This document shows, piece by piece, positions 36,213 to 50,319 of a stretch of 64,000 bases of DNA (its first letter is position 1; each line of letters begins with the position of its first letter). Source of the DNA: Malacoraja senta (lineage: Eukaryota); the NCBI GenBank assembly GCA_038087875.1, contig CM075988.1, forward strand, positions 17,858,001 through 17,922,000, read 5' to 3'. Under the pieces are notes generated by a model. It was not told where the DNA came from. It saw only the letters and a list, made by a program, of their open reading frames with translations, and made no database searches. The translations under genes and the position numbers were made by a program.

Positions 36213-39200
36213 CTGCAAGAGAGTCAATGCAAGAGTTACGGCAAGAGCGTTAGGGAGCGGTTCACTGAGAACAGCCGATTCACGGACTTGCTCGTTTACA
36301 ACCGGTGCCGTGAACCTGCACCTTTACAGAGTGGCCTTCGTCCTTAACTAGTCGAAGGTAGACTCAAAATGCTGGAGCAACTCAGCGGGGCAGGCAGCGT
36401 CTCTGGAGAGAAGGAATCGGCGACGTTTCGGGTCGAGGTACTTCTTCAGACTGAGAGTCAGGGGAGAAGGAGACAGAGATATGGAAGGGTAAGGTTAGAA
36501 AACACACATCGAAGCAGACGATGAGAAGGAAATATAGAATGGTTCACTGTTAGCTGAGGGGAAAGTGACAAGGAGGCTTACAAGCAGTAAAAGATAATTA
36601 GGACAGGGAAACTAGTCGGAAAAATAGGAATGGGGAGGAACACACTCTGAGTCCCCTGACTTTCAGTCTGAAGAAGGGTCTGAGACCCCCCAAAAATCTC
36701 CCCATCCCTCTCTCATCCTAGTTCTCTGAGTAGTTTCACTGTCCTCCTTATTACCTTTTACTGATAGTAAGCCTCCTTGTCACCTTCCCCTCAACTAACA
36801 ATGAACCATTCTACAATCCCAAAACGTCACCTATCCACATTCTCCAGAGAAGCTACCTGACCCACAGTGACAATTTCAGGTAGTCCTTGTTTTCTCCCTC
36901 CTTCCCCTCCCCTTCCCAGCTCTCCAACAAGCCTACTGTCTCCGCCTCTTCCTTTCTTTTTCCCGCCCACCCCCCCCCGACATCAGTCTGAAGATGGGTC
37001 TCGACCCCAAACGTCGCCTATTCCTTCTCTCCATAAATGCTGCCTCACCCGCTGAGTTTCTCCAGCATTTTTGTCTACCACAGTGTTACTCTGCAACTTT
37101 GTGTCCTTGATTGAAAACTACCTTGCTAAAGCAACACTGGCGTGTATAGCTTTGGGCATCCTGCAACCATGAAACACAACAAAGAATTGTAGATCTTCCT
37201 GCTACACGCAAGAGAGTGTGGCCAGGGTTGACTACAGGGATTAAAATAAAGAAATGGGTTAATTACAAAGTAATTCAAACTGAAGTCACTATAATTTATC
37301 GCATTTAGTCTATGCTGTAAAAATAATTCAAACATTTAAACTCAAAGCAGATGGGCAAAGAAGTACTAAATAATGGAGGGTTCTCGAAACTGCAGATCAG
37401 ATCTGTGTCGACCAAACTAACTGATGGAGAGTTCTTGAACCTACACAGATCAGACGCTTGTGGACCATGCTAAATGACATGGAGAACTCTCCAACCTACT
37501 CAGATCAGGCCTGCTTGATAGAGAAGTTGCTTGGGAACAGACGCGTCCAATCTGCTGAACGTCTGCGAGGGCACTGGGTTTACTGGGTGAAGCCACATTG
37601 TACGACCCCTCACTGCCTCTGAACTTGTACACTGGCAGCTGCTAATCGAAGCATCGCAATTCCGCTTTGGGGAATCTTGGGGACGTGGGAACTCCTTTGT
37701 CCAAGAGGACACTTGCTGACCAAGGAACACGGACAGAGATATAAAATTATGGAAGCAATTGATCGTATAGTTCCAAGCTTTGTTTCAGTGCTTGCAGTTT
37801 TCATTTCACATTGGGTGCTTCTCCTGAGAATTGTAATTGAGGGAAAGCCAACAGCTGTGCGTCGGGCGGCTCGAGTGCCTCTAACCGGCTGCTCCGAGAA
37901 TAAGCAGCATTCAGGCAGGAAACCCGATCAGGCTGGTGAAACTCAGCAGGGAAGGGGAGCTGGAATAACTGGGGAAGGAGCAGGGTGCACTGAGACGCGG
38001 GAGAGATCTGGGCATGGGCGTTTCCGTGCCATATCCCTTGTCTAAATTTGCATTCACAAAAGGAAATTGATGTCGCAGTTGGAGAACTCAAAGGGGAAAG
38101 TGAAATTTAGTTCACTTCTCCATCAATAAAGAACAGGTATTCACAGACTCAAGTGTAGAGACAGATGAGATTTGCCTCAGGCTACCATGGGAGGCAAGGG
38201 AAGAGATTGCTAGACTGACATTTCAAAACCTTAGATTACCTCAAGTGAGGGACCAGATAACTGGAAAGTGGCAAATGTCATCTGCCTTTTCAGGAAAGGC
38301 AGCCAAACTAGACAAAGAATTGAAGAAGGCTTCCGACCCAAAACGTCACCTATTCTTCTTCCCCAGAGATGCTGCCTGACCCATTGAGTTTCGCCAGCAA
38401 TTTGTGTCCATCTGGATAAAAAGTTAATCTGTCTCGGTTTGACAGCTTTCTAGCATTGAAGGTGTGGGCCAAGTGCCGGTATGTGGGGTTAAGTGGAACA
38501 GTGCTCGCTGCGTGGAATGGCCGGTTTCCGCGCTGCACAACTCCGTGGCTTGACAAATTGTAAAATGAAAGGCTCTGTAAAAGAGCGATGCAAATATGCA
38601 CACAGGTCCATAAACTGAAACTCCATTCCCATGCAGGACAGGGCCCGCCCTTACAAACAACCGTGTGGACACCGAAAACTGATGGGAAAACCCAGGATCC
38701 CAGGAATCCTGTGCCCGGGCGATTTATTATTTTGAAAATCAGAGTTTGACTCGGAATCCATGAGTATTTCAGTTACAGGTTCCACCTGCAAACAATAAAG
38801 CTCTCCACGCCCGCACAACACCAACTGCACACGGTCTTCGTTGGAGGTTTAGACTTACAGCCCCGTTCAAGTAAACAGATGTATTGTTTTCATCTTGAGG
38901 TTCACCGCTAATACAAAACGCAGCATCATAGATCAAATATGCACAGGACAGTTACAGAGTTACAGACAGGAGCGTAAACAAATCCGTCCAAGCACCACCC
39001 TGACTGTTAGAAGTTGACACCTGACCACTCCTGATGCAGACAAAATGCGTAGGAAGGAACTGCAAGTGCTGGTTTAAACGGAAGATAGACACAAAATGCT
39101 GGAGTAACTCAGCGGGACAGGCGGCATCTCTGGAGAGAAAGAATGGGTGACTGAAGAAGGGTCTCGACCTGAAATGTCACCCATTCCTTCTCTCCAGAGA

Positions 39201-40326
39201 TGCTGCCTGTCTCGCTCAGTTACTGCAGTATTTTGTCTATCTTCACTCCTGTCCATGTAACACACCACACCGTACTGTCCATGTAGCATGCAGGACACGC
39301 AATGCCAATCTAATAACCAAAGCATGAAAATTAGAGAAATATTGGTATCGGTTTAATATTGTCACATGTTCTGGGATACAGTGAAAGGTTTGTTTGCTTG
39401 CATGCTATCCAGTCAAATACTGCACATGAGTACAATCAAGCCACAAGTAACATAGGTAGTGCAAAGAAAATATAACAGAGTGCAGATGTAGTGTTATAGT
39501 GCTAGTCAGAAAGAAAGAGTAGATTTAAAAAAAGCTCAGGGGCCGCAATCAGATAGTTATGGAGATCAGGACTAAACTCTTAGCTTATGAGAGATAGTCT
39601 AATACCAAGGGGGAAGAAGCCGTTACTGTAACTGGTGGTACGGGTGTACCTCGGAGGCAGCTCTGGGTCGGCTGCGGGATGTTCCCTGGGGCACGTAGTC
39701 TGAGCGGTGGCCGGAGGAGAGGGGCCGCTGGAGGGCCTGCAACAGCCTGGGGCTCAATTAGATCGGGCGGTGCTCCAAGAGAGTGAGCGTGCGGAACAGA
39801 CGTGGCCTGCAGCGGCACGGTGCGGCGGTGGAGGACATTGACACATCGCCAGGCCAGACCGATCCCTGCAACTCCAACCCAGTGCGGCCACCAGGACAAC
39901 AGGCGCTTATGGACAAGTTAAGACTGACACTTTAAAAAAATGTTTTGACTTGAAGTATAAAAGATGACGCCTAAAAGGTGGGGACCGTTATGTGGTGACT
40001 AAGTGTGGTCTACTGTCTTACACTCTTGTATGTAGTATGATTGTGTCTCATGTATAGTAGAACTGTCACTGAACTGTACACGTGACAACAAAGTACCATT
40101 GAACCGTTGATTCATGTTGAAATAAACCAAGAGTGCTCTCTGGTGGTTCGTTTCTTCAAATTTCTCATGTCAGGTCCTCCTGTCTACACTGCATTGCTCT
40201 TTATACTTTGTTCATTGAGTTCAGTAACAATTACACAAAATGTTAAAATGAAGTATACAACTTCACTGGAGAGATCCTAAATGTTCCCGGTTGGTCCAAC
40301 ATAAGATTTGATCTTTCATTAGATGT

Positions 40327-40945
40327 TTAGACTTTGGAGATGCAGTGCAGAAACAGGCACTTTGGTCCACCGAGACTGTGCCGACCAGCAATCATCCCAT
40401 ACACTGGCACTATCCTACACAATAGGGACAATTTAAAATATTACCAAAGCCAATTAACCTATACATTTTTGGAATCGGGGAGGAAACCGGAGCACCAGGA
40501 GAAAACCCACACAGTCACTGGGAGAACGTACAAACTCCATACAGACAGCACCCATGGTCAGGAATTTGTTCCCGATGTTGGGGAAGTCCAGAACAAGTGG
40601 TCACAGTTTAAGGATAAGGCGGAAGTCTTTTAGGACCGAGATGAGAATTTTCTTTTCACACAGAGAGTGGTGAATCTGTGGAATTCTCTGCCACAGAAAT
40701 TTGAGGCCAGTTCATTGGCTATATTTAAGAGGGAGTTAGATGTGGCCCTTGTGGCTAAAGGGATCAGGGGGTATGGAGAGAAGGCAGGTACAGGATACTG
40801 TGTTGGATGATCAGCCATAATCATATTGAATGGCGGTGCAGGCTCGAAGGGCCGAATGGCCTACTCCTGCACCTATTTTCTATGTTTCTATGAATGAACC
40901 TGGGTCTCTGGCGCTGTAAGGCAGCAACTTTACTGTTGCACCACT
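40327..40945 (-). mobile_element. SINE split by a plus-strand CR1 3' fragment (~40562-40892)
   Basis: SINE halves ...ggtcagga | gaacctgggtctctggcgctgtaag flank the CR1 tail ending ttctatgtttctatg. Confidence 0.8.
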
Positions 40946-41139
40946 GCGCCACCCTGGTGTGTGTATATATATATATATTCAATAGTATATGGTCACACTG
41001 ACCTGTTCTGTATTTATTTATGCCTACTATATTCTGTTGTGCTGAAGCAAAGCAAGAATGTCATTGTCCTATCTGGAACACATGACAATAAACTCTCTTG
41101 AATCTTGAATCTTGACTTTTCAACCTCATTAAAGGAGGT

Positions 41140-42750
41140 GGGAACCTCACACCTCAGTAAAAAGGCTCCAATAATACCGTTGCCAAAAAGAGTATGGTGA
41201 CGTGCCTCAATAGCTACCGAACAGCACCACCAATGTCCAAGGTGATGACGTTCTTTGAGAGGTTGGTTATGGCTCATATCGACTGCTACCTCAGCTAGAA
41301 CCTGAACCCGCTACAATTTGCCTGCTGCCACAACAGGTCAACAGAGGATGCGATCTTGCCGGCTCTCCTCTCTGCACTGGGTCACTTGGATAATAAAAAC
41401 ACCTGCGTCAGGCTGCTGTTTGTAAACCACAGCTCAGCGTTTAACACCATCATTACCTCCAAGCTGGTTACCAAGCTCACGGAACTGGGTCTCTGTGTAT
41501 CCCTCTACATCTGGAGCCATGTCTTCCCCACCAGCAGAAAACCATCGGTACTAATCTGCAACAACACTTCCTCCTCGATAACCATCAGCACAGGGGCAAC
41601 TCAAGGCTGCATGCTCACCCCCCTGCTCTACTCGCTCTGTACCAACGACTGTGTAGCCAGTCACAGTTCCAACTCCATCTCCAAGTTCGCCGATGACACC
41701 ACCGATGTCGGACGAAATACGGATAATATAGGAGGGAGATTGATCATTTAACTGAATGGTGCCAGAATAACAACCTTGCTCTCAACGTCACTGAAACTAA
41801 GGAACTGATTGTTGACTTTGGAAGAGAACGGCCGAGGATCCACAAATTTGTCTTCATCGACGGGTTGGTGGCGGAGAGAGTCAAAATCTTCAAGTTCATG
41901 GGCGTGAGTATCTCTGAAGATCTGTCCTGGATCCAACACATCGATGCAATCATGAAGATAGCCCATCAACACCTCTACTTTGTTAGAAGATTCAATGTAA
42001 ACGGTTACTCTCTTTTATAAAGTAAACAGGTAGGGAGCATATTGACGTTGCATTGCGGCCTGGTTCAGCAACTCAAAAGCCCAGGAACAAAGAAGATTAC
42101 AAAAAGTTGTGAACACTGCCCACTCCAATACTGACCTTCCAACCATCAAAGTAATCTATAGGAGTCGCTGCCTCAAACTGGCAGCCAGCATCATCAAGGA
42201 CCCACACCACCCTGGCCACACACTCATTTCACTCCTCCATCGGGAAAAAGGTATGAGTATGAAAACTAACGTCCAGGTTCAGGAGCAGCTTCTTCCCACC
42301 AAACTTCAGCGATTGAACTCTCCGAATTCCAACTAAACTACGAACTGTGAAGGAAAGAACTGCAGATGCTGGTTTAGATCAAAGGTAGACACAAAATGCT
42401 GGAGTAACTAAGCGGGACAGGCAGCATCTCTGGAGAGAAGGAATGGGCGACGTTCCGGGTTGAGTCTGAAGAAAGGTCTCGACCCGAAACGTTGCCCATT
42501 CCTTCCCTCCAGAGATGCTGCCTGTCCCGCTGAGTTACTCCAGCATTTTGTAAACTACGAACTGCCTTGGTTGCACTTGGGACTTTGGGCTTTTTGTTTT
42601 TGCACTCTTTTTTTTTAAATTTATTGAACTTCTTATTTTTTGTTTGTATATTGTGTTAATAGTTTATTGTCTTCATTGTGTTTACAGACCCGTTGTGCTG
42701 TTGCAAGTAAGAATTTCATTGCTCCATTTTGGTACATATGACAATTAAAC
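41140..42750 (+). mobile_element. Older, decayed Rex1/Babar-like LINE
   Basis: VRLLFVNHSSAFNTII, SKFADDTT, IIKDPHHPGH motifs; the 3' UTR is interrupted by a Penelope hairpin. Confidence 0.82.
42348..42550. mobile_element. Inverted pair of Penelope/hammerhead modules with 14-bp TSD
   Basis: TAAACTACGAACTG at 42334-42347 and 42551-42564. Confidence 0.85.
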
Positions 42751-42924
42751 GCTCAGTTGAGTATATTGTCACGTGTACTGGGGTACAGTCAAAAGTATTT
42801 GTTGTGTGCTAACCAGCCAGCGGAAAGACAACATACGATTACAATCGAGCCATTACACTGCAGTTCCACCTCAGTTTCTGTTTCCCCCTGCAGTTTCATT
42901 TTTGCTTAGTTTGTGTATTTTTTG

Positions 42925-43205
42925 TTTAGCTCAGAGACACAGCACGGAAACAGGCCCATTGGCCCACACCGACCAGCAATCCACGCACGTCAACACTAGG
43001 GACAATTTTTCATTTATACCAAGCCAATTAACTTACAAACCTGTAAGTCTTTGGAGTGTGTGAGGAAATCGAAGAAGTCGGAGAAAACCCACGCGGTCAC
43101 GGGGAGAACGTACAAACTCCGTACTGACTGCACCCATAATTGGGATCGAACCCGGGTCTCTGGTGCTGTAAGGCAGCAACTCTACCGCTGCGCCACCATG
43201 CCACC
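42925..43205 (-). mobile_element. tRNA-derived SINE (HE1/V-SINE-like)
   Basis: A-box TGGCGCAGCGG, B-box GGTTCGATCC on the minus strand. Confidence 0.85.
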
Positions 43206-43295
43206 CAAATCAAATTCAGAGAAGGATTCTTTTTATGAAAATAGACAAGACAACATACCAATTTACGGCTGGTCGTTGTGCTTTGAGATCCTTAC

Positions 43296-43418
43296 CGTTG
43301 AATTTTTGCAGCAGGAACTCCATGAGGGTGGTTAAGGGCAGGGCACAGAGCGCCAACACAAACACCACGTTGAAATTCAGGCAGCCATTGATGAAGTAAA
43401 ACGGCCAGGGTTCAGTCC
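43296..43418 (-). CDS. ALG9: ALG9 coding exon (approx. exon 9, 123 nt); TEPWPFYFINGCLNFNVVFVLALCALPLTTLMEFLLQKFN
   Basis: GTEPW.FY..N..LNFN motif; acceptor tcccag, donor gtaagg. Confidence 0.96.
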
Positions 43419-43754
43419 CTGGGAGGAGAGAAACAGAAAGGGGGTTGTTAATATCCCAACACAGCCAAGAATGAGATGCATCAAAATGCATTTCCATTCG
43501 ATGCTTTAATTTCATCATTAAACCATGAGTGAGTAGAGTTATATGTGTAGGAAGGAGTGGCAGATGCTGGTTTACACCAAAGATAGACACAAATTGCTGG
43601 AGTAACTCTGCGGAACAGGCTGCATCTCCGTAGAGAAGGAATTGGAGACCAGTCTCGATCCGAAACATTACCCATTCCTTCTTTCCAGAGATGCTGCCTG
43701 TTCCACTGTGTTACTCCAGCATTCTGTGTCCATCTTTGATTAGAGTTATAGTCA

Positions 43755-44189
43755 TTAGAAGATATGAGATTCCTCTTAGCAGGTAAACCAGACCATTTCA
43801 AAAAGATTTGGTCTCCATTTATCGACTTATTACAAATATAGGGTGCAACAAAATGTTGATAATAAATGGTTTCAGGACCTGGTGAAGGGTGAGTAAAGAT
43901 ATGAAGTAGGTACATCCCTTTTATCTTGTCTTATCTTATCTTACTTTTTGTTTTTTTTCCCTTTCTTTTTCCTTCTTTTGGTTTTTCTCTTTTGTTTAAC
44001 TCTTTCTCGTGGTTTAGGTTCCTGGACCACTCTTTCACTCACTCACTTACTATCTCTGCTAACTCTCTCTATCCTTTTTCTTATTAAAGTTTAAAATAAG
44101 AAGTGGTACAAGAAATGTATAATTTTATGTTTGTTTGAGATCACTGTACTGTACAATACTTCTAATTTAAAAAAATAAATTAAAAAAAA
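43755..44189 (+). mobile_element. L1-clade LINE extreme 3' fragment with poly(A) and 13-bp TSD
   Basis: ORF2 end EDMRFLLAGKPDHFKKIWSPFIDLLQI*, T-rich UTR, A tail; AGAGTTATAGTCA at 43742-43754 and 44190-44202. Confidence 0.82.
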
Positions 44190-44827
44190 AGAGTTATAGT
44201 CACACAGTATGGAAACAGGCCTTTGAATCCAACTTGCCCATGCCGATGAGTTATTGCCAGTAACCAGGCTACTTATTCCGTACTTGCTATTGTTTTGTTG
44301 AGAGTTTTATACCTTCCTTTTGGAAAATGGGAACTAACACCAGAGATCTCCTCCTCCTCTTCCAGTGGCTCCTCCTATCTCTCTCTCTCTCACCAAGACA
44401 GACAGGATCACAGCCGACCGACCGATCACAAGAGAGGGTGCTTCACAATTTACAACCATCTTTTTTTTTAAAACGACATTGTGAAAAAAAATGACTTCTG
44501 GCAGATTTAAGATCAAATTCAGAAGCCTTTATCTGATCCAAGAATCATTAACATGTGAAATATATTTCTAGGCAGAGTCCTGCACTCAACGGCTTCTTGT
44601 ACTTCAACAGGCAACATGTTTTGATTGAAAATGAAAGATAAATCAGGGGTTTTATGAACCGCCATATGATCCATTCAATCAGAACCCATTGATCCTCTCA
44701 ATATGCAGGGTCCAATAAACAGTGGCATGTACCTTCTCCAACGCAGCTCAGACAAGGTTCAGCACGGGCAGCTCCCTGGTGACACCAGGGTTCCCTTCCT
44801 GGCAAATGTCCGTGAACTTACAATTTC

Positions 44828-45129
44828 TTTAGACTGTCGAGATACAGCATGGAAACTGGCACTTTGGCAAGCGCCGACCAGCGATCCCCACACGCTAGCA
44901 CTATCCTACACACAAGGGACAATTTACAATTTTTTCTAACCAATGCCAATTAACCTACAAACCTGTACATCTTTGGAGTGTGGGAGGAAACCGGAGCTCC
45001 AGGAGAAAACCCACGCGGTCCCAGGGAAAATACACAAACTCCATACAGACAGCACCCCTAGTCAGGATCGAAGCCAGGTCTTTAGCACTGTAAAGCAGCA
45101 ACTCTACCGCTGTGCCACCATGCTGCCCC
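44828..45129 (-). mobile_element. tRNA-derived SINE (HE1/V-SINE-like)
   Basis: Family match. Confidence 0.8.
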
Positions 45130-45519
45130 AAAGCAGCGACGGTGAATGAGGGTCCATGAACATGCCGTTGATATAGTGTAAAATAAAAAAGATAGTTCGG
45201 GAATAACTCAGCAGGTCAGGCAGTCGCTGGAGAGCATGGATAGGTGACGTTTCAGGTCGGGACCCTTTTTCAGACCGATTATCTTGACTTATTTCCTTCC
45301 CATGTGTCTAACACAGCACAGAGTCAGGATGTACCACATCCAATGACTGAGATAGACACAAAATGCTGGACCTTTCGGGTCGAAATAACTTCCTCAGATT
45401 CTGTCAGACTTCTTCAGTTTCTGTGCTGTACCTCTCTACGATTCAGATGCTCAGACCCTCGACTGTATCTGTCAAGTATGAAGAACTCTTGTGCTAAAAG
45501 TCAGCTCCTGCTATAGAGG

Positions 45520-46010
45520 CCAACGTCATCTACGCCAATGATTTGAATGGCGATGTTGTTAACATGGTCAATAAGTTTGCAGATTACACCAACATTGGTG
45601 GTGTAATGGACAGTGAAAAAGGTTATCTATGACCACAACAGGAACAAGATGAACTGGGGATGTGGGCCACAAAAGGTTAGATGGAGTTTAACTTGGACGA
45701 GTACTACATTTTGAAAAGCAGAACCAGGGCAGGACTTACCACAGCAAGTGGTAGGGCGCTGGAGAGCGTTGTAGAACAGAGAGACTAGGTGCACAAGTAC
45801 ATAATCCCCTAATATTGGTATACTGGTAGACAGATCGAAGGTGATGTTGGGCTCACTTGCCTTCAATCCATCAGGACACTGCGTACAGGAGTTGGACATC
45901 TTGTTACAACTACAAGAGTGGCAAGCGTGTGTAGTTCTGGCCATCTATCCTATAGAAATGATGTCATTAGGCTTGAAAGGGTACAGGGAAGATGATGTTT
46001 CCAAGACTGC
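45520..46010 (+). mobile_element. Decayed CR1 RT fragment
   Basis: aataagtttgcagattacacc (KFAD-like) and downstream CR1-like sequence. Confidence 0.65.
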
Positions 46011-46784
46011 ATGGTTTGACCTCTGCCATTGTTGCTCTCTGTTCTACACCCTCCGTCTCAGATGTCTCCGAGTCACTGGGATGGTTTCTTGTGCAAGAGA
46101 GGCTGATGCAGCAATTCTACCGCATTGTTTACAGGAGTTACGCTGCCAATGGCGCTTGCTTTCCCACTTACTGTCCTCGGGTTGGGCGTCTCAATCGACA
46201 CCCACACGCCAGTGTGCAACCATGTCTCAATAAAAAAAATCCTGAACTGTCGACACAAACCGCTCCAGACTGTGCTCACATCTCCAATTAAATTCAACAG
46301 GCACCGTGTGAAGCCCAAATTAACTCGCACACAGAGAGAAACCTGACACATTTTCACATCTTTCACTTAATGAGAACTATTGTCTCACACAAGCCGTGAT
46401 TGGAATGCAGCTGGTGCACAATCGCAAGCAAATTAGAGTTATTATAAGGAGGTCAGGTATTTTAAGATAATGTGCATTAAAAGGGGTGCAGCGTTGGTGA
46501 GGTGGCTCCATTGTTGCAGAGATCGACCGGACGAGGCAGGATCAGTCACTCGTTGATTCAAATTCACTTAATTAAGCAATCTGCAATTTACAAACGCCAC
46601 ATTTGAAAGGTTACACCAGTGGGAAAATATGCTGAACCAGGTTGTGGAGACAGTTACTTTCTCCAGAAAAAGGATGATCTGATACGAGTGTTTGAGATAA
46701 ATAAAGCTTTCTATTAAATCTACCTGCACTTGTTGGCAAAAACAGAAGTGGAGGCCGTAAGTTTGATTGCCACAGATAAATTCA

Positions 46785-47262
46785 ATAGACAATAGGTGCA
46801 GGAGTAGGCCATTCGGCCCTTCGAGCCAGCACCGCCATTCAATGTGATCATAGCTGATCATCCCCAATCAGTACCCCGTTCCTGCCTTCTCCCCATATCC
46901 CCTGACTCCGCTATCTTTAAGAGCTCTATCTAACTCTCTCTTGAAAGCATCCAGAGAATTGGTCTCCACTGCCTTCTGAGGTAGAGAATTCCACAGATTC
47001 ACAACCCTCTGTGTGAAAATGTTTTTCCTCATCTCCGTTCTAAATGGCTTACCCCTCATTCTTAAACTGTGGCCCCTGTTTCTGGACTCCCCCCAACATC
47101 GGGAACACGTTTCCTGCCTCGGACGTGTCCAAACCCTTAATAATCTTATATGCTTCAATAAGATCCCCTCTCATCCTTCTAAATTCCAGAGTATACCAGC
47201 CCAGCCGCTCCATATGACAGTCCCGTCATCTCGGGAATTAACCTCGTGAACCTACGCTGCAC
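46785..47262 (-). mobile_element. CR1 LINE 3' fragment
   Basis: GESRNRGHSLRMRGKPFRTEMRKNIFTQRVVNLWNSLPQKAVE; (ctattgt) tail. Confidence 0.88.
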
Positions 47263-47376
47263 TCACTTTCACTTAGGAATTGCGAGATGTGGAATGTTGC
47301 AAGGTGTAATTGCAGGAAGGAGCTTTACTTCTTTAAGAGGAAGCTACGTACACTCTGAAAATGGCAAGTCATTTAC

Positions 47377-47670
47377 TTTAGACTTTAGAGATACAGCGCA
47401 GAATCAGGCCCTTCGGCCCACAAAGTCCGCACCGACCAGCAATCGCCATGTACACTAGTACTGTCCTACACGCTAGGGTCAATTTGAACTAAAACCAATT
47501 AACCTACAAACCTGTACGTCTCTGGAATGTGGAAGCAAACCAGGGCACCCGGAGAAAACCCATACAGTCACAGGGAGAACGTACAAACTCCGTACAGACA
47601 GCACCCATAGTCAGGATCGAACCCGAATCTCGCACTGTAAGGCAGTAACTCTACCGCTGCGCCACTGTGC
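47377..47670 (-). mobile_element. tRNA-derived SINE (HE1/V-SINE-like)
   Basis: A-box TGGCGCAGCGG, B-box GGTTCGATCC. Confidence 0.85.
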
Positions 47671-48769
47671 AGGAACGATAAGTAATTGCAACACTCAGAA
47701 GACTAGGTGGCAGGTTTACAGTGGGTGTAAGTGTCCCGCTGGGTAGTGGATAACAAGGCTGCAGAAATTTTGCAAAGAGCGATCAGAAACTATTCGATCA
47801 AAGAGAAGTGGAAGTGAAGAAACTCATCCTGAAGGTCAATCAGCTGCAAGAAGGAGATGAAAGATGAGATCGAGGGACGCCACAGATGGGATCACGGTGG
47901 TGTCACCATTTTCCATAATTCCACTTCCAGCAGTGATGGGGGTTCAGAATGAAAATGAAGAACCTCTTCTTTGAAAAGGATACAACAAGCTAAACTATAG
48001 ATCAGATGAACTTACTTATTTGCTGATTGACTACCGAGATCTGCAGCAACTAGAGTGGAGTGTGGGGTTCCTAGCCTTAAGCCAGAAGAGTTGGATTAAA
48101 TATAGATGGGTGGGCGAAGGTCGACAAGGTGGAGCCAAGCTCACTGTATTGTAAGGACACAAAATGCTGGAGACTGGCAGCATCTCTGGATCGAAAGAAT
48201 GGGTGACGTTTTGGGTCGAGACCCTTCTTCAGACTGAGAGTCAGGGGAGAGAGAAACGAGAGACATGGAAGGGTAAGGTGTGAAAACGAGAGATCAAATG
48301 GGACGAAGTTGAAGGAAAATGTTAACTAGATCATAGGTAGACAAAAATGCTGGAGCAACGCAGCGGGTGAGGCAGCATCTATGGAGCGAAGGAAATAGGC
48401 AACGTTTTGGGTAGAAACCCTTCTTCAGACTGATGTGAGAAGGTGGGGGGGGGGGGGGCAGGAGGAAGAAAGAATACATCATTGTTAGCTAGAGGAAGGT
48501 GACATTGAGGCATGCAATGTAAACTTTAATCAGGTCCAGAGATGCTGCCTGTCCCGCTGAGTTACTCCAGCGTTTCGTGTCTATCTTCGGTGTAAACTAG
48601 CATTTGCAGCTCCTGCCTACACGTTTCTGTTCTGGTAGCAGGTTATGGTATGGTGGTTCATAGAATGTTCTGCATTAGCTGCGTCTCCTTCTCCTGGTCT
48701 GGGACCATCAACCACGGGTCCCCCCAAGAATCTACATCTGGACCTCGCCAATTTCTCACATTTCTCATC

Positions 48770-49440
48770 GGCGAGGCCAAGTGTAGACTCACTCGGTGAC
48801 CATTTTGCTGAACGCACTTGTTCTGCCAAGGCCTGCAGGATCTCCCGGTTGCTAACCATTTTAACTCCTCTTCCCATTCCCATGCTGACCTTTCAGTCCC
48901 GGGCCTCCTCCATTGTCAGAATGAGACCACACACAAAATGGAGGAACAGGACCACATATTCCGCTTGGGTAACTTACAACCCAACGATATTAACATTTCA
49001 AGTAATACCTCGCCCCTCTCCTTTTCCCCAACCTCATCCCAGTGCACAGATATTTCATCTCCTCCATACATTCATCTTCCATCCCCAAGTCTCATATTCC
49101 CTTTTATCCTCCTTTCCCGCCTCCCTGTCCCCTTCCCCCAAACCCTCCCTCCGGCTTTTCATTTCACTCCTCCTCTCTCTCCTTATCTGACCCCACCTTT
49201 GTCTCCTTTTCACCTTTAGCCTTTGTCACCTACACCCATTTCCACCCCCCCCCCCCCCCGACTGGTACCCACCAATCACTCGCCAGGCTTTGCCCTGTCC
49301 CCACCTCTCTTTTCCAGCTTTCTTACCCCCCCCCCCCCTTACTCGATCAGTCTGGTCCCTCCACAGATGCTGCCTGACCCACGGAGTTCCCCCAGCGCTG
49401 TGTTATTTGTTCAAGATTCCAGCATCTGCAGTCTCTCGTG
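48770..49440 (+). mobile_element. Decayed Penelope 3' fragment
   Basis: DLPVANHFNS..HS..DLSV.GLLHCQ...KMEEQ..IFRLG.LQP, similar to 33600-33780. Confidence 0.78.
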
Positions 49441-49789
49441 TTTCTGCACTGCTGCGTTGTTCTCTTAGCACTGGAGCCCATGTTTGGTAAATAACACCAA
49501 GACTCTCTCAGAATCAAGATTCGGCTCGCTGAAATTGAGATCTTAACTTTGGATTGCACTCATGAGCTGGTATTGGTTTTTAACAATGCTTTATTTATAA
49601 CAAGTCTAACCATGCCCGGTATAAATACCACTCCACTGATCCAACATCCCTCACTGCTCCTCACATTATACAGTCTAATCGGTGGGTGGCGATGATGAGA
49701 AAATGATCCTGTCAAAGGGTCTCAGATAACATCACACGCCACGATCGGGAAGAGGGAGCTGCTGAAATGATCACTCCCACACTCACACA

Positions 49790-49817
49790 GTGTGTGCGTG
49801 TGTGTGTGTGTGTGTGA

Positions 49818-49856
<39 letters not shown>

Positions 49857-49857
49857 C

Positions 49858-49888
<31 letters not shown>

Positions 49889-49907
49889 TGTGAGTGTGTG
49901 TGTGTGT

Positions 49908-49938
<31 letters not shown>

Positions 49939-49940
49939 AG

Positions 49941-49976
<36 letters not shown>

Positions 49977-50180
49977 TGTGCGTGCGTGTGTGTGTGCGTG
50001 CGTGCGTATGTAGATATACACACATATAGCAGCATTATTTTACATCTATATGAATGTATATATACACAATATGTACAATATATACAAACATATGTACACA
50101 CACACCAGCATATTTGTGTGTCTGCATGGATATATACATGTTAGTGTGCATGTGCGTACATATACGTGTGTATGTATGTA

Positions 50181-50215
<35 letters not shown>

Positions 50216-50220
50216 GTGTA
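49790..50220. repeat. Compound (TG)n/(TGCG)n/(TA)n microsatellite
   Basis: Direct reading. Confidence 0.95.
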
Positions 50221-50285
50221 GGATGTAAACACAAAGTGCTGGAGTAACTCAGCGGGACAGGCAGCATCTCTGGAGAGAAGGAATG

Positions 50286-50319
50286 GGTGACGTTTCGGGT
50301 CGAGACCCTTCTTCAGACC
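50286..50319 (-). ncRNA. Putative minimal hammerhead ribozyme motif, sense to the ALG9 pre-mRNA
   Basis: GGU-CUGAAGA-A-GGGUCUCGACCC-GAAA-CGUC-ACC: intact core, GUC triplet, 3-bp stem I. Confidence 0.6.

Noticed and set aside
37330..37700. Possible decayed GIY-YIG-like coding remnant on the minus strand
   Set aside because: The resemblance (VYKF...) is too weak to support without a profile search.
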